A stretch of DNA of 64,000 bases from an uncultured virus (IMG/VR IMGVR_UViG_3300033170_000307). Its lineage: Duplodnaviria > Heunggongvirae > Uroviricota > Caudoviricetes. Location of the stretch: the IMG/VR virus record IMGVR_UViG_3300033170_000307. One strand, 5' to 3'. The translations under genes and the position numbers were made by a program. Shown here piece by piece: positions 10,323 through 19,403 of this stretch. Below the pieces are notes generated by a model, which saw only the letters and a program-made list of their open reading frames with translations, made no database searches and was not told the DNA's origin. How positions within the stretch are numbered: the stretch's first letter is position 1; each line of letters opens with the position of its first letter.

Positions 10323-11017
10323 TAGCCAGCTCGCACCCGGTTGAAGCCATCCAGGATTTCGTTGACATCGGCGTCCTGCACTTCATCGCGCAGGGCCTGG
10401 ACGGAGCTCCACAGCGGCATGCCGGCCGTGATGCCCTTCTCCAGGTCGTCCTTCTTGTAGCGGACGCAGCGCGTGGCCACGAACAGCCAGCGGTCGGATT
10501 CCGCGAGGGCCTCGGCGGAGGTCTCCAGCTCCTGCTGCAGCGGCTGGTTGATGAAGTCAATCTTGGCCTGGAGGTCGGTCATCTTGTCTTCCAGCTCCTT
10601 CTTGGCGGCGGCCTTGGCATCCGCGTCGGTGACCTTCTCGGTCTCCGCGTAAGCCTTCTGGTAGCCCTCCATCGTCTGGCCCATGCGGCGGAGCTCTTGC
10701 TCCTCCTTGACCGTGTAGACGCCGGTCTCGTTGAGGCGCTTGAGGATGCCGCCGCGCGAGACAACGCCGGAGTTGATGTGGTGCTGGACCGCCTTGCTGT
10801 AGAACTGGCGCGAGTCAAAGGTGGCGCCTACGGTCGGCGCCGTGACCTGCACCCAGCCGAAGCGTTCGGTCCTGATGGCGTCCGGGTAGTCCTCGGATGG
10901 CTCCACGGCCACGTCCGCCATGACGATTGCCATGGCCTGGTCGAGCTGCTCTTCAGGGATGTTGGTGTCGGTAGGGGTCGCCTGGGCGTCCCCACCAGCG
11001 GGGATAACGTCGCTCAT
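10247..11017 (-). CDS. Tail assembly chaperone (lambda gpG-like), 256 aa
   Basis: Start MSDVIPAGG with AGGTGAG RBS; acidic helical protein between tail tube and TMP; in-phase slippery C-CCT-TTG near its end. Confidence 0.75.
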   Translation of the reverse strand: MSDVIPAGGDAQATPTDTNIPEEQLDQAMAIVMADVAVEPSEDYPDAIRTERFGWVQVTAPTVGATFDSRQFYSKAVQHHINSGVVSRGGILKRLNETGVYTVKEEQELRRMGQTMEGYQKAYAETEKVTDADAKAAAKKELEDKMTDLQAKIDFINQPLQQELETSAEALAESDRWLFVATRCVRYKKDDLEKGITAGMPLWSSVQALRDEVQDADVNEILDGFNRVRAGYPLKFSAPSPEEPAQPADDGATSGE

Positions 11018-11057
11018 TGTCTGTCTCACCTGTCCTTTGTGGATGACTGCCTTGCCG

Positions 11058-11402
11058 TTATTGCGGCTTTTCTTCCGACACCAGCATGCCGCGCCCCTGG
11101 GCACATTCGGGGAGCACGACGGCAATCTGCTGGACATCGGTCTTCTCTACCACTTCGTATCTGTCCAAGAGCAGCCGGGTGTCGCGGTCCATCCCGTTCA
11201 GCAGGTCGAGAACCTGCTTGCGGGCGATGGCGAAGACATGCGGGTCTGAACAGTCGCGGCCCTCGAACGCCGACAGAATCGGACGAATGAGGCCACGCGT
11301 GCTGAAAGAGAGCTGGTGCTTGAGGGACGAGCGGTCAAAGTCGGGATGACGCTCTTCGGGGGCGGGCGCCGGGGGCGCGCCCGAGTTGGTATCGGGTGTC
11401 AT
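11058..11402 (-). CDS. Hypothetical protein in the tail module
   Basis: ATG with AAGGA RBS, co-oriented, fills the gap. Confidence 0.7.
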   Translation of the reverse strand: MTPDTNSGAPPAPAPEERHPDFDRSSLKHQLSFSTRGLIRPILSAFEGRDCSDPHVFAIARKQVLDLLNGMDRDTRLLLDRYEVVEKTDVQQIAVVLPECAQGRGMLVSEEKPQ

Positions 11403-11436
11403 TGCCTTGTCCTTTCCTTTGGGGTAACCTTGCTAC

Positions 11437-11466
11437 AGAGGGGGCGGGCACCTGCCCGCCCCCTCT
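11437..11466 (-). terminator. Hairpin after the tail tube gene
   Basis: AGAGGGGGCGGGCA-n-TGCCCGCCCCCTCT inverted repeat. Confidence 0.55.
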
Positions 11467-11483
11467 TCACTTCCTTGGTGCGT

Positions 11484-12569
11484 CTACGCGGTCTCGGACG
11501 TGTACTTCAGGTCGTACCCGCGCAGGGAGTACGTCAGGGCGCCGTAGTCGCTCGTGCTGCCGCTCAGGCCGATGACCTGGACAGATGCGTTCGGGATGGT
11601 GAACGTGCACTTGTTGTGCGCCGTGTTCGAGCCGAAGTAGCCGCCGTCGCCGGTGGGCGTGAACATGATGAGCGTGGCATCCGCCGTCGCACTCGGGCGG
11701 GCGTAGATGGCCGGGTCGGCATTGGCGGTGTAGTACGAAATCACCTGGGCCGAGGTCTGCCCAACGGGGAAGGCCTCGATGGTGGCTTCGACTGCAACCG
11801 GCAGGGTGGGAACCGACGCGAAGGGCTCGTGCGTGCCGAGCTGCTTCAACGGGTCCCGCGCCAGGGTGGCGGTGATGCTCGCGTTCTGCACGCGGTGCTG
11901 CACGCCGGCGATGTTGGCAAACACGTTGCCCTGCTTGACGAAGACGGCCTGGGTCGTCACGTCCGGGCTTTCCCACCCGGTCTGGGTGAAGTTCACGTTG
12001 TTCGACAGTCTGATGTTGTAGCCGGTGAAGCCCCATTCCAGCGTCGCGAAGTTGCCGACAGCGGCCGAGACCGTAACACGGTCAAGGCGCATGCGGGGCA
12101 TCTCGGCGCGCATGGCGCCAACGGTGATGTCCAGGGCGTAGAACGGCAGGTCGCCGTTGGAGATTGTGGTCTGGGTGGTCACCATGCCGGCGTCGTCCTG
12201 CCCCAGCAGGCCGGGGCACGGGTCGCCGTATCCCATGTTCTGGGACACGGTGCAGCTTACGTCGGGCACGTCATAGGACAGCCACATGGTCGTGGTGCCC
12301 AGGGCACGGACATCGCTCTCGTTGCTGCGGGTCTGGATGGTGACGTTCTGCGCAGCGCCGAAGGTGTAGTTGGTACCACCAGCGGAGAACTGCGTCAGAG
12401 TGACGTTGTAGTAGGGAATCGTGGCAGCCAGACCCTGCAGGTCCTTGGCCTCGAAACCGCCAGCGTCACTGGCCTCGAACGCGCCACCGGACGGCGCAGC
12501 AGGAAAGTCGCCGAGCCCGCCGCTGTTGTCAGCGCCTTCGCCGAATGGGAAGTCTTTCTTGTCGGGCAT
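11484..12569 (-). CDS. Major tail (tube) protein, putative
   Basis: 361 aa, beta-rich (T/V/G/Y), strong GGAGG RBS, own late motif upstream and hairpin downstream, synteny before chaperone and TMP. Confidence 0.7.
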   Translation of the reverse strand: MPDKKDFPFGEGADNSGGLGDFPAAPSGGAFEASDAGGFEAKDLQGLAATIPYYNVTLTQFSAGGTNYTFGAAQNVTIQTRSNESDVRALGTTTMWLSYDVPDVSCTVSQNMGYGDPCPGLLGQDDAGMVTTQTTISNGDLPFYALDITVGAMRAEMPRMRLDRVTVSAAVGNFATLEWGFTGYNIRLSNNVNFTQTGWESPDVTTQAVFVKQGNVFANIAGVQHRVQNASITATLARDPLKQLGTHEPFASVPTLPVAVEATIEAFPVGQTSAQVISYYTANADPAIYARPSATADATLIMFTPTGDGGYFGSNTAHNKCTFTIPNASVQVIGLSGSTSDYGALTYSLRGYDLKYTSETA

Positions 12570-12628
12570 TGAGGGTTTCCTCCTGTGTGTCGTCTGAAAA
12601 GCTAAGCAGGACAGCGCACCTTACACTG

Positions 12629-12639
12629 GAAGTATTCCG
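12629..12639 (-). promoter_or_regulatory. Late-promoter-like motif CGGAATACTTC
   Basis: Exact copy upstream of the tail tube gene. Confidence 0.7.
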
Positions 12640-12641
12640 TG

Positions 12642-13124
12642 TCAGATGGCCTTGTGCACGAGAATCGGACAGATGATGACGAGCCGCACGTACCCGGAGT
12701 CTTCTTCGTCCTGTTCGGTGATGGTGCCGCGCTCGTCCAGGAACTGCTGACCGGCCGCCACTTGCGGCGCCGGGTTGGTGCCGTAGTCGTAGATTGGGAA
12801 GATGCCGCCATTGGTCGCAAACAGAAGAATGTCCCAAACCTTCTCCGCCAGCGCGCGTCCCTGGCTCATGTTCTTGGCCCAGATGTGGACCGCAATGTCC
12901 ATTTCGCGAGCCCGGCCAATCTCACCCAATCCAGTTGGGAAGCCGCTGTTCGTCGCCTGGTCTACGGCTACTTTCGGGAGGGTCTTGAGCTTCTCGCCAT
13001 GCTTGTAGCTGGGCACAACCTGAGTGTTGAGTGAGGTGCCCGGCCCCAGCCCTCCCTGGCCGGTACCCAAGCCGGAGATGATGGCGCGCACGAGGCTATT
13101 GAGGGTGCAAGTGGTGAAGTCCAT
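12642..13124 (-). CDS. Tail terminator/completion protein, putative
   Basis: 160 aa; LPKVAV...IAVHIWAK...ALAEKVWDIL pattern typical of gpU/gp17-like proteins; synteny. Confidence 0.55.
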   Translation of the reverse strand: MDFTTCTLNSLVRAIISGLGTGQGGLGPGTSLNTQVVPSYKHGEKLKTLPKVAVDQATNSGFPTGLGEIGRAREMDIAVHIWAKNMSQGRALAEKVWDILLFATNGGIFPIYDYGTNPAPQVAAGQQFLDERGTITEQDEEDSGYVRLVIICPILVHKAI

Positions 13125-13916
13125 TTAGCCTCCCATGAGTTTCTTCATGTACTTGGCTTTGATGGCCCGCAGGCGAGTGTTGAAGAGGCTTTGGAACCTC
13201 CGCTCCATGTCGCGCTGGGCCCGCAGGAACATGTAGGTTGGTCTGACCCCAGGGTGTCCGCCAGCGCGGCTGCGAACCATGAAGCCTACTCCCGCATTGC
13301 CATAGAACCTGGAGCCGGCGCCGGCCGGCCGTTTCGGCAGCAGGTTCTTCTTCATGTTGAACATCGGCGAGCGAGCGATGGGCACGAGCATGTTGCGGCT
13401 CTCTTTGCGGCTCACGCCCCAGTCGTTGATGCGGGCCATACCCTTAGTGCGTCCTACCCCTCGCCTGGACCAGGGGCTGAGACCAACCGGCACAAAGCGG
13501 TAGCTGGAGTTGGGCTGCACGCCGTACTCCAGGTACCACCAGTAGCCATGGCGCTGGCTGTTGTTGCGCTTGATGGTCCTGTTCTGGCCGGGCACGAAAA
13601 AGGACGGAGGACGAAGATTGTCCAGGACGTTGATGTCGCCGATACCCACGTACACTCTGTCCCCGGTGACGAACGGGCCGACGAGATTCACGGCCTGGTA
13701 CAACTGCCCGCTGTGAAAGCCTGGGCGGGACTTGGCCGACCCCCACAATGACTTGCCTCCCGCTTGGACCCCGCGCCGAGAACCCCAGATGGCGGGGCTC
13801 TTCAACCGTTGCAGGGCTTGCTGGGCAGCTTCCAGGGCGGAGCGCCGGGCGGCTTCAAGAACTTCAGCCCGGAAGGCTTCGACAAGCTCTCGCTGGTTGA
13901 TGAGGGGGCGTCGCAT
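13125..13916 (-). CDS. Neck/tail completion protein (HK97 gp10-like), putative
   Basis: Basic protein with SGQL, YWWYLEYG and HPG.RP.YMF motifs; synteny. Confidence 0.55.
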   Translation of the reverse strand: MRRPLINQRELVEAFRAEVLEAARRSALEAAQQALQRLKSPAIWGSRRGVQAGGKSLWGSAKSRPGFHSGQLYQAVNLVGPFVTGDRVYVGIGDINVLDNLRPPSFFVPGQNRTIKRNNSQRHGYWWYLEYGVQPNSSYRFVPVGLSPWSRRGVGRTKGMARINDWGVSRKESRNMLVPIARSPMFNMKKNLLPKRPAGAGSRFYGNAGVGFMVRSRAGGHPGVRPTYMFLRAQRDMERRFQSLFNTRLRAIKAKYMKKLMGG

Positions 13917-13921
13917 TCACG

Positions 13922-14371
13922 CTACTGCTCCACTACCTTCTGGCACTCAACGATGATGCGGTTGACTTGCCCTATGCCCGATGCGGCGATGTTCACGACG
14001 GTGACGCGCTGGCCGTCAACCATGAGCTCCATGCCTTCCTTGAAGTACGGGCGCCACTGCGGCTCGACTTCAACGGTGCAGCTACCCAGGTCCACCCGGC
14101 CCGGCTCCGTGTACTTCAGGTCGTCAGTCTTCACCCAGCGCACAGCGGCCTGAATCTGTACCGGCTGTTCGGTGTGGCTCTCTCCAGTTCCATCGCAGGT
14201 CGGGCACAGTGGGTTCTTAGGGAAGCCAGTGGTCTGGTCTACCCCGCCACAGACTGGGCAGCTTGCTGTCGTGACAACCTGCACGGTGATGGGTCGGCCT
14301 ACGGCGCGCATCACATCATGGGTGTCCTGAGCAATCTGCGCCCTGTCTTCTGGTGAGAGCAGCATGTCCAT
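13922..14371 (-). CDS. Head closure/head-tail joining protein, putative
   Basis: 149 aa with CxxC...CxxC insert and a beta-rich C-terminus (LMVDGQRVTVVNI); synteny. Confidence 0.5.
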   Translation of the reverse strand: MDMLLSPEDRAQIAQDTHDVMRAVGRPITVQVVTTASCPVCGGVDQTTGFPKNPLCPTCDGTGESHTEQPVQIQAAVRWVKTDDLKYTEPGRVDLGSCTVEVEPQWRPYFKEGMELMVDGQRVTVVNIAASGIGQVNRIIVECQKVVEQ

Positions 14372-14382
14372 TGCTTACCTCG

Positions 14383-15417
14383 TTACGGATTAAGCTCGAA
14401 GATGGTGCTTATCATCACCTGGGGCTCGGGACGGTCGGCGTCGGCGGGCGGCGCGGTAGCCACGGTGTCCATGGCCGCAGCGCATACCTGGTCTTCCAAC
14501 TGCTGCTTGAAGTCCTTGAGCACCTGGGCCTCATTGCGCGGGATGCTGCTCCGCTTCATGGACAGGCCGGCGTCAGTGAAGTCGAAGCTGCGGCGCGCGT
14601 CCACCTGGACCTGCATTTCCAGGACCGCAATCTGGGCGGAGAGCATGAGCATGCCCAAGATAGTGGCGGGGTTGGTGTCTATGGTGGGTTGGCCATTGAC
14701 GTTGGATACTGCCAGGAGCCCACGGTTGGATAGCGCGGTACAGGCGCGCATTGCGGCCTGCGTGAGCTGCCCTCGGCTGTAGGTCTTGTGGAAGTAGCTG
14801 ACGATGATGCTGTCGCCGGCAGCGGGCGCCGCCGTGAGGTCGAAGACGCCGTTGTCGTAATCGGCGGTGTAGCCGTTGCTCTGGGCCCCCGCCGTGAAGC
14901 CGGTCTGGGTGCCGCTGGCCGCCATCTTCGTCACGGTTTCAGAGCCAGGCACCAGGTTATTCCCCATGACAGAGAAGCGCCTGTTGGTGCCGTTAGACGC
15001 GCCGAACGCCATTTCCCCCATGGCGGAATGGGGGCCATTGCCGATGGCTTCCTCCAAGAAGGGGATGATGTCGGCGATGAAGTATTGGTTGCCGCTCGGG
15101 GTGAAGACGTAGCTCTTGAGGATGACGAGCTCGGCGCTCATGGAGACGGCCGTGCCGGAACCGTTGAAGCCACTGAACGTCACATTGTAGGTGCCCTCTT
15201 CCCACTGCCCATGGTAGAAGGTGTTCTGGAAAGAGTAGACACCATCTGAGCCAGACCCCGTGCTGGTGAGCATGGACACCCCGCCGCGCTTGATGACCAC
15301 GTTGACGCCCTCGGCACCCCCGGCCGTCTTGTAGACCGGCACATTGACACCGGCTGTGGTGCGAAACGCCACTTCGAGGGTTGCGTTCTGTCCTTGGTAG
15401 ACGGTGATGGTTGCCAT
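14383..15417 (-). CDS. Head-tail adaptor with N-terminal beta domains, putative
   Basis: First structural gene after capsid/TnpB; helical C-terminus (FDFTDAGLSMKRS); GGAGG RBS. Confidence 0.5.
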   Translation of the reverse strand: MATITVYQGQNATLEVAFRTTAGVNVPVYKTAGGAEGVNVVIKRGGVSMLTSTGSGSDGVYSFQNTFYHGQWEEGTYNVTFSGFNGSGTAVSMSAELVILKSYVFTPSGNQYFIADIIPFLEEAIGNGPHSAMGEMAFGASNGTNRRFSVMGNNLVPGSETVTKMAASGTQTGFTAGAQSNGYTADYDNGVFDLTAAPAAGDSIIVSYFHKTYSRGQLTQAAMRACTALSNRGLLAVSNVNGQPTIDTNPATILGMLMLSAQIAVLEMQVQVDARRSFDFTDAGLSMKRSSIPRNEAQVLKDFKQQLEDQVCAAAMDTVATAPPADADRPEPQVMISTIFELNP

Positions 15418-15443
15418 TGCCGAACCCTCCGTAGTGTCTCTAT

Positions 15444-15454
15444 GAAGTATTCCG
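15444..15454 (-). promoter_or_regulatory. Late-promoter-like motif CGGAATACTTC
   Basis: Exact copy 27 nt upstream of the ATG at 15417. Confidence 0.7.
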
Positions 15455-15455
15455 C

Positions 15456-15566
15456 GATAGAGAAGCGGGGGCGTCTTGACGCTACCGCCTAAGCGGCTTC
15501 TCGCTTGCGCGAGCTACATGCCGGGCGTCCCCCGGAACTACCTGGAGCGATGACCCCAGGATACTT
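15456..15566 (-). ncRNA. TnpB omegaRNA (reRNA) scaffold/right end plus putative guide
   Basis: Hairpin-rich segment overlapping the tnpB 3' end and ending GCGTCAA (15476), the typical IS200/IS605 right-end tetranucleotide; following 20 nt GACGCCCCCGCTTCTCTATC would be the guide. The 5' boundary is uncertain. Confidence 0.65.
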
Positions 15567-16682
15567 GTAGGTCCAGACGTTAGGCACGTCACAGCCTGGA
15601 ACAAGCTCGCCGCGCATCCCGATGCAGCGGATGTTGGCGGAACCCACCACGTCACGATGGGCAGTAAAGCCGCAGTCACAACAGCGGTAGGTTCGCCGAC
15701 ACTTGTTCCGAGTTCCGCAAACGGGACACGTTTGGGAACTATACGCCTCGCCTACCGTAATGGCACCGGCCGTCTTGTAGTCGAGTTGCGTAATAATGCG
15801 AGAATTGCAGGCTTCTGAAACCTGTTGAGCCTGGCGTCTGCCGAGCTTCTGAGCGGCGTCATTGAACGGCTCGCCGACGTAACACTTAGCTCCTGGGAAC
15901 GCGTCCGCAATCGTGCGCGTAGCCTTGTGAGTGAGGTCTTTGACTCGGTTCTCAGACTTCTTCAGCAGCTTATGCTTGCGGCGCTGGAGCCGGCCATACT
16001 GACGGGAGCCCCGGTGACAGTTGGACTGCTTACTGCGGAGAGACGCCAGACGCTTAGCGCGCCATTGGACTGTGGCTTTTGCTTCGCGACCCGAGACGAG
16101 AACTGCGGTCTGGCCATCTGTGGCGGCGAGGAGCGTATTGACGCCGAGGTCTATGCCGAGAATGGGGCCGGTCGGGGTAATCTGGGCTTCACATTGGCAG
16201 ACCAAGATTACTGCACCATAGGTGAGTCTGGCCTCCATAAGTCGGCCAGGAAGAACAATGGTACGCGGGAGCGGGATGTAGAGATAGCCGGCAGAACCAT
16301 TGGACAACCGCAAGTTGGCATCCCGCACCACCGCGCCCTGGTTCGTATGCGGGACCCCATGGAACTCACGAGGCTTATGTGGGTAGTTGGCCTCTGGGTG
16401 CCCATTGCGGCGCAGGGTAGCTGCCGAAGCAAGTGCTTCGCAGAACTCGGATATGATTAGTTGCACGGACTGGCTATGGAGATTGGGGTACTTGCCTTTG
16501 GCCCATTTGCGCCAGCGCTTTTCTGACGGCCACTTGAGTTGGCGGCGACGGATGCGCAGATGGCGCTCTACCAAGTCGGACCAGAGTCGGCCAGCTTCAC
16601 GGCGGGCAGCCGTGAATGTAGCCCACTCGGCCTGCGAGCGGGGGAGCCAGTCAATGGTTACAGACCTGTAAGCGGTTGGCAA
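15489..16682 (-). CDS. tnpB: RNA-guided endonuclease TnpB (IS200/IS605 family)
   Basis: RuvC-I GIDLG, RuvC-II VGE, SSQTCPVCG...CCDCG zinc finger, RuvC-III HRDVVGSANI; D-E-D triad intact. No tnpA nearby. Confidence 0.92.
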   Translation of the reverse strand: MPTAYRSVTIDWLPRSQAEWATFTAARREAGRLWSDLVERHLRIRRRQLKWPSEKRWRKWAKGKYPNLHSQSVQLIISEFCEALASAATLRRNGHPEANYPHKPREFHGVPHTNQGAVVRDANLRLSNGSAGYLYIPLPRTIVLPGRLMEARLTYGAVILVCQCEAQITPTGPILGIDLGVNTLLAATDGQTAVLVSGREAKATVQWRAKRLASLRSKQSNCHRGSRQYGRLQRRKHKLLKKSENRVKDLTHKATRTIADAFPGAKCYVGEPFNDAAQKLGRRQAQQVSEACNSRIITQLDYKTAGAITVGEAYSSQTCPVCGTRNKCRRTYRCCDCGFTAHRDVVGSANIRCIGMRGELVPGCDVPNVWTYKYPGVIAPGSSGGRPACSSRKREAA

Positions 16683-16708
16683 TGGTTACAGACCTGTAAG
16701 CGGTTGGC
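16653..16708. repeat. 28-bp perfect tandem duplication at the tnpB start
   Basis: AATGGTTACAGACCTGTAAGCGGTTGGC at 16653-16680 and 16681-16708. Confidence 0.95.
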
Positions 16709-16718
16709 ATTGGTACTT

Positions 16719-16729
16719 GAAGTATTCCG
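16719..16729 (-). promoter_or_regulatory. Late-promoter-like motif CGGAATACTTC upstream of tnpB
   Basis: Exact copy 8 nt upstream of the ATG at 16710. Confidence 0.7.
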
Positions 16730-16748
16730 TACCGCAGGGTCCGGGCGC

Positions 16749-16776
16749 AAAAAAGGGGGCGCCTCGCGACGCCCCC
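16749..16776 (-). terminator. Rho-independent terminator after the major capsid gene
   Basis: GGGGGCGTC-GCGA-GGCGCCCCC followed by TTTTTT on the minus strand. Confidence 0.8.
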
Positions 16777-16807
16777 TCTCCTATCCTGCTGTCTGGCTCG
16801 TGGCTAA

Positions 16808-17764
16808 CTACGTGCCCACGATACCCTTGAGGAGGTACCGGGCATCCTTCACGAGGAAGCCGATAATCTCGCGGACCCGGACACCCACGCGCCAGTTGTC
16901 GGCGGCCCCGACCAGCTCTTCGGACTCGAAGGCGCCCTGGAGAGCCATGTTGAAGGCCTCTTCCTTGGCGCTCAGGTCGAACCCGTAGAGCTCGTACTGG
17001 GTCAGGCCCCAGTACGGGGTGAGCTGGACGCCCATCACGCGGTCAATGGCCCCGCTGCGGATGACGGCAGACTTCTCGGCGTTGCCGTACATGGAAGTCC
17101 AGTCAATGGTGTCGAGGAGGCGCGTCGGCGCGCCGTAGATGTCGGTGAGCTGCCGGCCCATCTGCTGGCGCGGGTTGGTGGGGTGTTCCATCATCCGGGC
17201 TAGCATGAGCTTCAGGAGCTGAGGCGAGAACGAGTCGTGACCCGCGGCCCCGTCATCGAGCTGCACGGCGGTGTTGGCGGCGGTGGATGCGGTCTTCAGG
17301 AGCGCCCAGCCGGAGGCTTCCTCGGCGGCGGCGATGGCCTCGCTGATGAGACGGAGGCACATGTTGACCACATCAATGCGTCCGTCCTGCTGCATGCGCT
17401 TCGGCCACTCCATGGAGGTGCCGAGCTCATACGTGGTCGGGTACGCGATGTCCGCGATGGGGAGCTGAGTGGGCTGGCTGTAGAGCTGCGGCACAGTCCA
17501 AATCTGGCTCACCAGTTCGTCCTTGTTGAAGACCGGGAACGAAATCTCCTGGCCGACCGAGAACGACTGGACGGAGAAGATGCCGCGCACGGTGCTCATG
17601 TCGTCCAGTCCGATGACGATGGGGTCAGTCAGACTGGCGGCCCACTTCCTGAACTCGTCGGGGCTGGCTACGGCGGCAGCGAGGCCCGCCTTGATGTCAT
17701 TGTCTGCCAGCTTCGGGTTGAAGAAGGAGGCGATGCGCTTGCGCTGGAAGGCTGTCTTGCTCAT
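16808..17764 (-). CDS. Major capsid protein (HK97 fold), putative
   Basis: 318 aa, strongly biased codons, GGAGGT RBS, downstream terminator, synteny after scaffold and decoration genes. Confidence 0.8.
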   Translation of the reverse strand: MSKTAFQRKRIASFFNPKLADNDIKAGLAAAVASPDEFRKWAASLTDPIVIGLDDMSTVRGIFSVQSFSVGQEISFPVFNKDELVSQIWTVPQLYSQPTQLPIADIAYPTTYELGTSMEWPKRMQQDGRIDVVNMCLRLISEAIAAAEEASGWALLKTASTAANTAVQLDDGAAGHDSFSPQLLKLMLARMMEHPTNPRQQMGRQLTDIYGAPTRLLDTIDWTSMYGNAEKSAVIRSGAIDRVMGVQLTPYWGLTQYELYGFDLSAKEEAFNMALQGAFESEELVGAADNWRVGVRVREIIGFLVKDARYLLKGIVGT

Positions 17765-17781
17765 TACTCATCTACCTCCTG

Positions 17782-18339
17782 TTAGGCCACGTAGCTGTAG
17801 TATGTAGCGTAGGGTCCCAGCAGAAGGATACGGATGTTTCCATCTGCCGTGGGGGCGCTCTCACAGACCGCCGCCATGAGGCCGCCTTCGGTCGCACTCG
17901 GGGTGGCGTTGTAGGCAGCGGTGAGCTTGCCTGCGTTCGTCACGTAGAGCGGATTGCTGGGGGCCGGGGTCCCGACGTAACACTCGTCGGGGATGATGCA
18001 GTGGGCCGGGCCGATGGTTACGGCGCACACGTCGCCTTCTTCGGCCTCGTGCGTCAGGCGGCGTCGGAAGTTACCTTCCGTCTTGGAGCCGACCACATAC
18101 CCGAGGGTAGAGGCGGCACGGGACGGGGTAACATCCTGGTTCAGGAGCCCGATGGCGGAAGTACCGTCGCTCAGGACGATGGGCTGGGCTTCGTCAATGT
18201 CAGCGACCGGAGAACCGGACTTGTACATGACGGCCAGACCCGCTTCCACCAAGGAGGCACCGTTGGGGATGAAGCCGCTCTCCGTCTTGAAGAACGGAGC
18301 CTCATACCCACCAAGAATCCTCTGGAACTTGCGAGCCAT
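17782..18339 (-). CDS. Capsid decoration/cement protein, putative
   Basis: 185 aa between scaffold and capsid; AIGLL and LYVTNAGKLT motifs typical of such proteins. Confidence 0.6.
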   Translation of the reverse strand: MARKFQRILGGYEAPFFKTESGFIPNGASLVEAGLAVMYKSGSPVADIDEAQPIVLSDGTSAIGLLNQDVTPSRAASTLGYVVGSKTEGNFRRRLTHEAEEGDVCAVTIGPAHCIIPDECYVGTPAPSNPLYVTNAGKLTAAYNATPSATEGGLMAAVCESAPTADGNIRILLLGPYATYYSYVA

Positions 18340-18434
18340 TGGTTACACCTCGTGCTCAGGATGCTCCGCCACTAAAGTGGCGGGTATTGGGAACGTCTAT
18401 CGGTCAAACGACTGGTTGCTGCCTTGGTCAGGTA

Positions 18435-19403
18435 CTACTCGTCGGACGACTTGAGCTGCTCGTGCCACAGCTTCTGGTAGCCCTGGGTCAGGGCCTCGTA
18501 GCTACCCTTCGCGGACACTTCGCCGACTGAGCCGCCCGCAGCGGTCTCGCCGCCAGGGCCACGGAAGACGAACATGCTCTGCGCGCTGCCGCCGCCGCCG
18601 CTGGTCACGGGGAGTTGGGCGCCGGCCGGTGGCTGCTGCTGGGAGGCCTGAGCCTCGCCGCCTTCGCCACCTTCGGTCTGGGCGCTGGCTTCCTCGTCCT
18701 GCGTCTCGGTCTCGGCCTGGGCCTCGCCACCCTCAGCGAGGGTCTCGGTCTGGGTCTCGGCCTGGGCCTGGGCTTCGCCGCCATCGGCGGGCGTCTCGGT
18801 CTGGGTCTCAGTCTCGGCCTGGGCCTCGCCGCCCTCAGCGGGGGTCTCGGTCTGGGTCTCGGTCTGGGTCTCGGTCTGGGCCTGGGCTTCGCCGCCATCG
18901 GCGGGCGTCTCGGTCTGGGTCTCAGTCTCGGCCTGGGCCTCGCCGCCCTCAGCGGGGGTCTCGTTCTGGGTCTCGGTCTGGGCCTGGGCCTGGGCTTCGC
19001 CGCCATCGGCGGGCGTCTCGGTCTGGGTCTCAGTCTCGGCCTGGGCGGTCTCCGTCTCGGCCTGGGCGGTCTCCGTCTCGGCCTGGGCGGCTGCGGCGGC
19101 GTCCTTCGCGGCCTGGATGAACGGCTGGGATGAAGCGACGTACTTGCCCCACATCTCGTCGCTCATGTCGTTGGCCAGGGCGCGCACATCGTCCGTAATC
19201 GGGAGCGGGTCGAGCTGGGCCAGGCGGGTCTCGGTGCGCTGGGCGGTCAGCAGTCCGTCGAGCTGGCTGCCGCGCGACTTGAGCTCTTCCTGGACCTCGC
19301 CGAGTCCGCTGGCGAAGGTTTCGAGCTTGTCGCCGATGGGCTTGATAGCGGTGGCGACGCTCTCGTCGAGCATCTGCTTGAAGTCTTCAGTGGTCATAGG
19401 CAT
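18435..19403 (-). CDS. Nested in-frame scaffold protein (MPMTTEDFKQ...)
   Basis: Internal late motif at 19426-19436, GAGGTG RBS and ATG at 19403; coiled-coil and acidic sequence. Confidence 0.7.
   Translation of the reverse strand: MPMTTEDFKQMLDESVATAIKPIGDKLETFASGLGEVQEELKSRGSQLDGLLTAQRTETRLAQLDPLPITDDVRALANDMSDEMWGKYVASSQPFIQAAKDAAAAAQAETETAQAETETAQAETETQTETPADGGEAQAQAQTETQNETPAEGGEAQAETETQTETPADGGEAQAQTETQTETQTETPAEGGEAQAETETQTETPADGGEAQAQAETQTETLAEGGEAQAETETQDEEASAQTEGGEGGEAQASQQQPPAGAQLPVTSGGGGSAQSMFVFRGPGGETAAGGSVGEVSAKGSYEALTQGYQKLWHEQLKSSDE

Noticed and set aside
15489..16682. Cas12f or nuclease-dead TldR
   Set aside because: No CRISPR array is adjacent, the right-end scaffold overlaps the ORF end, and all three RuvC acidic residues are present.
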